From assembly GCA_012514745.1 (NCBI GenBank), contig JAAYZR010000001.1, positions 7,877 through 71,876 of the forward strand: 64,000 nucleotides of DNA, in the 5' to 3' direction. Positions 58,288 to 64,000 of the stretch are shown here, in pieces (positions within the stretch are counted from its first letter, which is position 1; each line of letters opens with the position of its first letter). The notes under the pieces were generated by a model that made no database searches, was not told where the DNA came from, and saw only the letters and a list, made by a program, of their open reading frames with translations. Source of the stretch: Candidatus Undivivens industriae. GTDB taxonomy: Bacteria; Omnitrophota; Gorgyraeia; Gygaellales; Profunditerraquicolaceae. The translations under genes were made by a program, and so were the position numbers.

Positions 58288-59247
58288 ATGGAAGAAAATA
58301 TTCATATAAACGACCGCAGTGATATCCAGGCGCTGTTCGGGCCGCACGACCGCCACATCAGAGAGATAGAAGAAGAATGCGGCGTGCGCATCCATTTGCG
58401 CGCCGGCAGTATGAAGATAAAAGGTTCTTCCCGCGGTGTGGAGAAGGCTAAGAGCGTGATCGACGCCATGCTCTCGGCGGAAGAGACCGGCCGGCCGCTG
58501 GACGTGCGTTGTCTGGCCAGGAATATGAGCTCCAGCCGCAGGATCGCCTATGACCTGGAAGGGGTATTGCTTTCGGAGAAACCCAGGCAGCACCTGGAAA
58601 AAGGCAAATCAGTCGAGCCGAAGAGCGCCGGCCAAAAAGAATACATAGAAGCGATAAAGAAGCACGACATCGTTTTTTCTCTTGGCCCGGCCGGGACAGG
58701 CAAGACCTATCTGGCTATGTCCTGCGGCGTGGAAGCCCTGCGCAACGGGGAAGTGCGCAGGCTGGTGCTCACCAGGCCGGCGGTGGAGGCGGCAGGCGAA
58801 TCCCTGGGGTTCTTGCCGGGAGATATGTTCGAGAAGATATCTCCTTACCTGCGTCCGCTTTACGACGCCCTGCACGATATGATAGACTCGGCGCGCATCG
58901 AGAAATATATGGAATCCGGCGTCATAGAAGTGGCGCCGCTGGCGTATATGCGCGGGCGGACCCTGAATGACGCTTTCATCATACTGGATGAAGCGCAGAA
59001 CTGCACCGCCGAGCAGATGAAAATGTTCCTGACCAGGCTTGGGTTCGGTTCCAAGACGGTGATCACGGGCGATCCGACTCAAAGCGACCTCTCCGGCGGC
59101 AAACCCGCCGGCCTGCTGGAGGCGCAGAAGCTCCTCAAGAGCGTGGACGGGATAAAATTCGCATATTTAAGCGGCAGCGATGTCGTCAGGCACCCTCTGG
59201 TGCAAAAGATCATAGAGGCGTATGATAGAAACGGTATTGAAGAATAA
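58288..59247 (+). CDS. phoH: PhoH-like ATPase (YbeZ)
   Basis: Carries the Walker A GPAGTGKTYLA and a conserved PhoH C-terminus. Confidence 0.9.
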   Translation: MEENIHINDRSDIQALFGPHDRHIREIEEECGVRIHLRAGSMKIKGSSRGVEKAKSVIDAMLSAEETGRPLDVRCLARNMSSSRRIAYDLEGVLLSEKPRQHLEKGKSVEPKSAGQKEYIEAIKKHDIVFSLGPAGTGKTYLAMSCGVEALRNGEVRRLVLTRPAVEAAGESLGFLPGDMFEKISPYLRPLYDALHDMIDSARIEKYMESGVIEVAPLAYMRGRTLNDAFIILDEAQNCTAEQMKMFLTRLGFGSKTVITGDPTQSDLSGGKPAGLLEAQKLLKSVDGIKFAYLSGSDVVRHPLVQKIIEAYDRNGIEE

Positions 59248-60550
59248 AATACGGATCATAATATTCTCCGTCATACTGTTTGCGGCGGCCGCGCTCCTTG
59301 GGGTGGATATGACAGTGCCGCCTCTGCTTTTGGCGGTTGTGGCGTCTCTGACGCTCTTCCGCAAGAAATGCGGACTGGACAACTGCAACTTGCTTTACCT
59401 GTCGCTTTTATTCACCCTCATTTTCTCCTGGAGTTTCTTCGTCATAAATAACGGTCTGTGTATTTTTTACATACCTTTCGCGCTTATCCCAATGCTGGCG
59501 ACACTGCTTTTTTCCAGCTTGGAACTTTCGTTCCTGCTGACCGTGGCGGTATCTTTCTCCGTCGCCGCCCTATACGGCGGCAAGCTGGATATAGCGGTCT
59601 TTTTCCTGGTCAGCGGTATGTTTTCCTCCATACTGGTGAAGGAAACCCGGCGCAGAATGGACGTGATAAGGGCGGGGGTCGTGGCCGGGATCATCCAAGC
59701 CGCGCTTTTCGTGTTAATGGAAGGATTGAAACTGAACGGCAGCTGCGGCATTGCCGCCCTTTTCATAAACGGCCTGATCTCCGGCGTGATAGCCATCGGG
59801 ATACTGCCTGTATTCGAATACCTTTTCAAGACCGTGACCAACATCAGCCTGCTTGAGCTCGCCGACTTCAACCAGCCGCTTTTGCGCAGGATGATACTGG
59901 AAGCCCCCGGGACTTACCACCACAGCCTGATCGTAGGCAATCTCGCCGAAGCGGCCTGCGGGGCCATAGGCGCCAACGCCCTTCTGGCGCGTATCGGAGC
60001 TTACTACCACGACATCGGAAAGCTCTCGAAACCGGAATACTTCAGCGAAAACCAGATACCGAGTTTCAACAAGCACGACGACCTTTCGCCGTCTATGAGC
60101 AAGCTGGTCATTATGAACCACGTCAAGGAAGGCTCGGAGCTGGCGGAAAAATACAGATTGAACCCCAAGCTGGCCGATTTTATACGCCGGCACCACGGCA
60201 CCAGCCTTGTCTATTATTTTTACCGCCGGGCGCTGGAGAAGTTCGACGCCGCCAAGCCGGTGGACGAAGAGGGATTCCGTTACCCCGGCCCCAAACCGGA
60301 CACCAAGGAAACCGCGGTGGTGATGCTGGCGGATTCGGTCGAGGCCGCTTCCCGCACCCTCAAGGAGCCGACACCGGCGAACATCGAAGACCTGGTTTAC
60401 AAGATCATCAACAACAAGTTCATAGACGGACAGCTTGATTCCTGCGATCTGACGTTGAAAGACCTCGAGAAGATTTCCGCCGAATTCATCCGAATATTGA
60501 GCGGCATGTACCACAGCCGCATAAACTACCCCGAGAATAACGGCAAGTGA
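59222..60550 (+). CDS. 7TM-HD (HDIG) membrane phosphohydrolase (YqfF/PgpH-like)
   Basis: An N-terminal multi-TM region is present. The C-terminal HD domain has HHSLIVGNLAE...YHDIGK. It lies in the conserved phoH-yqfF-ybeY order. Confidence 0.8.
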   Translation: MIETVLKNKIRIIIFSVILFAAAALLGVDMTVPPLLLAVVASLTLFRKKCGLDNCNLLYLSLLFTLIFSWSFFVINNGLCIFYIPFALIPMLATLLFSSLELSFLLTVAVSFSVAALYGGKLDIAVFFLVSGMFSSILVKETRRRMDVIRAGVVAGIIQAALFVLMEGLKLNGSCGIAALFINGLISGVIAIGILPVFEYLFKTVTNISLLELADFNQPLLRRMILEAPGTYHHSLIVGNLAEAACGAIGANALLARIGAYYHDIGKLSKPEYFSENQIPSFNKHDDLSPSMSKLVIMNHVKEGSELAEKYRLNPKLADFIRRHHGTSLVYYFYRRALEKFDAAKPVDEEGFRYPGPKPDTKETAVVMLADSVEAASRTLKEPTPANIEDLVYKIINNKFIDGQLDSCDLTLKDLEKISAEFIRILSGMYHSRINYPENNGK

Positions 60551-61029
60551 CCCCTGCTGACAAGAAAAAGACCGTTCTGACATTCTTAAATCTACAGAAT
60601 AGACTGCGTTTAGGCGCGGCGTTCCGCGCTTGCGCGGGCCGGGCCGTCTCGGTTCTGCTGAAGGCGGAAGGTTACGCCAAAGGCGGAAGCATAAACGTCT
60701 GCGTGATGGACGACAGCCGGATACGCCGGATAAACGCACTTTACCTCGGGCATGACCGTCCCACCGACGTAATTTCTTTCAACCTTCGTCAGGGCGGCAA
60801 AGAGGCGATGGAGGCCGAGATAGCCGTCTCGGCGCAGGCCGCGGCGCGAAACGCCGCGCAATACGGCAACACGGCGCAAAAAGAACTCCTGGTTTACATC
60901 ATTCACGGGGTGCTGCACGCCCTGGGTTACGACGACCGCACCGCGGCCCAGCGGGCGAAGATGCAAGAGAAGACGGACGCCGTGATAGACAGGATATGCG
61001 GTAAAATGGCGAAACCCCAAAGGCGATAA
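60547..61029 (+). CDS. ybeY: rRNA maturation endoribonuclease YbeY
   Basis: Carries the H3xH5xH motif region IIHGVLHALGYDD. The GTG start overlaps the upstream stop (the exact start is uncertain). Confidence 0.85.
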   Translation: MTPADKKKTVLTFLNLQNRLRLGAAFRACAGRAVSVLLKAEGYAKGGSINVCVMDDSRIRRINALYLGHDRPTDVISFNLRQGGKEAMEAEIAVSAQAAARNAAQYGNTAQKELLVYIIHGVLHALGYDDRTAAQRAKMQEKTDAVIDRICGKMAKPQRR

Positions 61030-61803
61030 ATGGCCATCCTCAAGACAGACGCTTTAGTGATCAACAAACGCGACTTCCGCGAGACTTCTCTGCTGGCGGA
61101 TTTCTATACCAGGGACTACGGCAAGATAAGGGGAATACTCAAGGGGATCAGGAAAGACCCCCGCAAATTCGCCAGCACCGTCGAGCCTTTTTCCCGCAAC
61201 GAAATAATTTTTTACAAAAGCCGGACTTCGACCCTGCATCTGGTGAGCCAGTGCGATATCAAGGAGAACTTCAACGCCATACGGCAGGACCTCAATAGAT
61301 CCGCGGCCGGCAGTATGGTCATGGAACTTCTGGACGCGGTGATGCCGCAGGAGGACAAAAATGAGGAAATATTCGACTTGACGGTTTCGGTGCTGGAGCG
61401 CATGGCCGCCGCATCCGTCTCCGAGAAACTGCTCATCATTTTCAAGATCAAGATGCTGGCGCTTTCCGGTTTCAAGCCGAATTTCGATTCCTGCGTCTCC
61501 TGCGATTCCCGTATCGGCGGAGGGGAGATACGCTTCAGCCTCTCACTGGGCGGTCTGCTCTGTTCGAACTGCCCGCGTAAAGACCCTAAATCGCGCGCCA
61601 TCTTCAGGGGAACAGTCGCCTCCATACAATACATACAGAAAAACGATTTACAGAATACGCTCGGCCTCGGCCTCAATCCCCAGATCAAGAAAGAATTATG
61701 CTTCATTCTCGATTCTTTTATCGCTTTCCACCTCGGCAAGAGAATGAAATCCCAGGCGGTGATGGAGCAATTGCAAGCCCCGGCAGCGGCCGCGGCTCGT
61801 TGA
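61030..61803 (+). CDS. recO: DNA repair protein RecO
   Basis: The N-terminal OB fold (ILKTDALVINKRDFRETS) and a C-terminal Cys4 zinc motif (CVSCDSR...CSNC) are present. Confidence 0.85.
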   Translation: MAILKTDALVINKRDFRETSLLADFYTRDYGKIRGILKGIRKDPRKFASTVEPFSRNEIIFYKSRTSTLHLVSQCDIKENFNAIRQDLNRSAAGSMVMELLDAVMPQEDKNEEIFDLTVSVLERMAAASVSEKLLIIFKIKMLALSGFKPNFDSCVSCDSRIGGGEIRFSLSLGGLLCSNCPRKDPKSRAIFRGTVASIQYIQKNDLQNTLGLGLNPQIKKELCFILDSFIAFHLGKRMKSQAVMEQLQAPAAAAAR

Positions 61804-61845
61804 ATTCCGGGGACACAATACAGGCGAGTTTTAATACCCTTTCTT
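61804..61845. repeat. Partial copy of the intergenic repeat element (head module). It begins at the recO stop codon.
   Basis: attccggggacacaatacaggcgag matches the head module of copies B and C. Confidence 0.45.
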
Positions 61846-61885
61846 AGATTTTTAAGTATCGATAAACGATAAAGCAGGAGGCCAT

Positions 61886-62806
61886 ATGAAGATTGCCATC
61901 GTCGGTTCCGGGGCATTAGGTTCTCTGTTGGCAGCCCTTTTTTCCAAGGCGAAGGCCGACGCCGTTCTTTTCAGCCGCTCCAAGGAGCGCGCGGATAAGA
62001 TCGAGCGGGAGGGAATAAACGTGGAGGGGGCGGCCGGCAAATGGAAGGCGCGCGTCAAGGCTTCCTCTTCCTTCGCCGGAATATCCGGCGCGGGCGTTGT
62101 TTTTCTTTGCGTTAAATCCTACGATACCAAAAACGCGGTTTCTTCCTTTAGCCCTTATCTGGCTAAGGACGCCGTAGTGATCAGCCTGCAGAACGGCCTG
62201 GGTAACATCGAGGTAATTTCGGAGGCGGTGGATGAAACGAGGGTCATAGGAGGGGTGACGAACATAGGAGCCACCCTGCTTGAAGACGGCGGGGTGCGTT
62301 ACGCCGGAAAAGGGGAGACCGTGATCGGCAGAACGGACGGAAAGGTTACGGCCGAGATGCGCCCGATCAGGGAACTGTTTTCGTCCTGCGGGCTGGAATT
62401 GCGCATATCCAGGGAGATAAAGAACATCATCTGGTCGAAGCTGGTGCTGAACGCCGGCATCAACGCGCTTTCCGCGGTCCTGCGCCTGCCGAACGGGGCT
62501 CTGGTAAAATCCGAGGGAGCCAGACGCATCATGCGAGCGGCTGTCACGGAGGCGGTCAGGGTGGCTAAACGCAAGAGAATAAAACTGGCCTATGACGACC
62601 CGCTGGCCAAGGCGGAAGCGGTTTGTGAATCCACGGCAGCAAATATTTCTTCCATGCTGCAGGACATACTGGCCGGGAGGCGTAGTGAAATAGACGCCAT
62701 AAACGGAGCGATAATACGTATAGCCCAGGAATCCGGCATACCGGTACCTGTTAATATCCTGCTTAACGATATGGTCAAAAGCATAGAAGATAATTATGCC
62801 GGGTAA
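61886..62806 (+). CDS. panE: 2-dehydropantoate 2-reductase (ketopantoate reductase)
   Basis: The N-terminus MKIAIVGSGALGSLLAA is a Rossmann motif. The ApbA/PanE fold is present. Confidence 0.75.
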   Translation: MKIAIVGSGALGSLLAALFSKAKADAVLFSRSKERADKIEREGINVEGAAGKWKARVKASSSFAGISGAGVVFLCVKSYDTKNAVSSFSPYLAKDAVVISLQNGLGNIEVISEAVDETRVIGGVTNIGATLLEDGGVRYAGKGETVIGRTDGKVTAEMRPIRELFSSCGLELRISREIKNIIWSKLVLNAGINALSAVLRLPNGALVKSEGARRIMRAAVTEAVRVAKRKRIKLAYDDPLAKAEAVCESTAANISSMLQDILAGRRSEIDAINGAIIRIAQESGIPVPVNILLNDMVKSIEDNYAG

Positions 62807-64000
62807 TGCCGACGTAGCCGCGATTTTCCGCTCGACTGCCGCTTTGCTTGAGATAAAGGGCGAGAACATCTTTCGGGTGCGCGCTTATGAAAAAGCGGCG
62901 AGGAATATCGAATCCCTGCCGGAGGACATAAACCTGTTGGCGAAAACCGGGCGTTTACGCGAGATACCAGGCATAGGCGCCGACCTGGAAGCCAAAATAC
63001 AGGAGATAGTTTCCACCGGGGAACTCTCCTTTTTTTCCGATCTAAAAGAAAGCCTTCCTCCCGGACTACCGCAGCTGCTGGAAATTCCTTCTCTGGGGCC
63101 GAAAACCGTGAGCCTGCTTTACAAGCAGGCAAATATAAACAGCCTTTCCGACCTGGAGGCGGCGATTTCTTCAGGAAGACTGCTTACGATACCCGGGATA
63201 AAGGAAAAAAGCCTGGAGAATATGTCGAAGGGCATAAGATTGTTCAAGAGCAGTAAGGAACGTATGCCGCTTCGCGACGCCGAGAGCCTGGCACAAGAGA
63301 TACAAGAGAATTTTCCTCCGGGCTCCTTATCCGTGGCGGGGAGCCTGCGCCGGCGCGTGGAGAGCGTAGGCGATATAGATTTTTTATCTTCTGCCGGAGA
63401 AGGGAACGTCTCGTTTATAAATAATTTCATCGCCGCAGTCGGGGACGCGGAACTGCTGGCGCGGGGCGGGACAAAAGTATCCCTGCGCGCCTCAAGAGGA
63501 ACACAAATAGACCTGCGGTTGGTGAAAAAAGAGGAATACGGGGCAGCGCTGGTATATTTCACGGGTTCCAGGGCTTTCAACGTCAAACTGCGCCACATTG
63601 CCGGGCAAAACGGATATAAACTTAACGAGTACGGGTTATACGACGCCGCTGGAAGCAGGATAGCCGGAAAAACCGAGCAAGAAATATTCTCCCGGCTCAA
63701 GATGTCGTTCGTTCCCCCGGAGCTGCGCGAAGACAGGGGAGAAATAGAGCTCGCGCTTGAGAAACGCCTTCCGCCGCTGGTGGAGCAGAGTATGATCAGG
63801 GGCGATCTGCATACGCATTCCCGCTGGTCCGACGGCGAAGCCGATATCGAAGAAATGGCGGAGGCGGCTAAGGCGCTGGGATACTCGTATATAGCGATTA
63901 CCGACCATTCACAAAGCCTGAAGATCGCCGGCGGGTTGTCTCCGCGGCGCTTGTCCGAGAAACGCAGGGAAATAGCGGCGGTCAACGCCAGGCACAAGGG
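62796..64000 (+). CDS. DNA polymerase X family protein with a C-terminal PHP domain. The gene is partial: it runs off the 3' end of the window.
   Basis: My own translation from the ATG at 62796 gives MPGNADVAAIFRSTAALLEIKGENIFRVRAYEKAARNIESLPEDI...IPGIGADLEAKIQEIVSTG (PolX 8-kDa/HhH domain) and later GDLHTHSRWSDGEADIEEMAEAAKALGYSYIAITDHSQ (PHP). The frame is open to the window end. It overlaps the panE stop by 11 nt. It is absent from the ORF track because it has no stop within the window. Confidence 0.8.
   Translation, partial: MPGNADVAAIFRSTAALLEIKGENIFRVRAYEKAARNIESLPEDINLLAKTGRLREIPGIGADLEAKIQEIVSTGELSFFSDLKESLPPGLPQLLEIPSLGPKTVSLLYKQANINSLSDLEAAISSGRLLTIPGIKEKSLENMSKGIRLFKSSKERMPLRDAESLAQEIQENFPPGSLSVAGSLRRRVESVGDIDFLSSAGEGNVSFINNFIAAVGDAELLARGGTKVSLRASRGTQIDLRLVKKEEYGAALVYFTGSRAFNVKLRHIAGQNGYKLNEYGLYDAAGSRIAGKTEQEIFSRLKMSFVPPELREDRGEIELALEKRLPPLVEQSMIRGDLHTHSRWSDGEADIEEMAEAAKALGYSYIAITDHSQSLKIAGGLSPRRLSEKRREIAAVNARHK

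Noticed and set aside
1-64000. CRISPR arrays, rRNA and tRNA genes
   Set aside because: All intergenic regions were scanned by eye. No regularly spaced short direct repeats were found. No T-loop (GTTCGAnTC flanked by GG/CC stems) or anticodon-arm patterns were found. No rRNA-like conserved blocks were found.

Overview
This is a 64 kb, moderately GC-rich (~55%) bacterial window. Every credible gene lies on the + strand; all minus-strand ORFs in the track overlap plus-strand genes and read as antisense artifacts. Features in order. (1) The partial 3' end of a giant (>2,479 aa), highly repetitive, probably beta-helical surface protein, followed by a small secreted protein built of Dx[DN]xDG Ca-binding-like repeats. 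(2) A 650 bp intergenic tract packed with a repeat family that recurs at 54.06 kb and 61.8 kb, always starting at a stop codon. (3) Two tandem GalT-family (HIT branch III) paralogs, one of which lacks the nucleophilic His of the HPH motif, then gap (GAPDH). (4) Two secreted hypothetical proteins. (5) A small lower-GC pocket with an orphan, N-terminally short AbiEii-family nucleotidyltransferase and a cytoplasmic papain-like (C1) peptidase, plus a 106 bp duplicated fragment of the peptidase gene. (6) A ~31 kb ABC-transporter-dependent glycan (O-polysaccharide-like) biosynthesis locus: manC, gmd, wzm, wzt with a C-terminal extension, a putative chain-terminating methyltransferase, a two-domain GT4, two paralogous GT-C-like membrane proteins that share a triplicated novel C-terminal domain, then a CDP-deoxyhexose branch (rfbF, CDP-glucose 4,6-dehydratase, E1/DdhC dehydrase with a C-X57-C-X1-C-X7-C Fe-S motif, a YerE-like ThDP enzyme, SDR). 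The CDP-sugar branch is embedded with DmpF/DmpG-like and HpcH-like aldolase genes and sits partly on a 4.6 kb low-GC island. The locus continues with a GtrB-like GT2, two GT4s, a WbaP-like phosphoglycosyl transferase, an O-antigen-ligase-like protein and a DUF2079 membrane protein. (7) A low-GC AAA ATPase (DUF4143) gene flanked by ~356 bp direct repeats that duplicate the promoter and 5' end of the downstream gene. (8) Secreted or membrane proteins: a CarboxypepD_reg-like protein, a Ca-repeat membrane protein, and a lipase-like alpha/beta hydrolase. (9) Housekeeping genes: HU/IHF, hisS, a GAD-less aspS, a LysM lipoprotein, phoH, a 7TM-HD protein, ybeY, recO, panE, and a partial PolX. No rRNA, tRNA or CRISPR was recognised.
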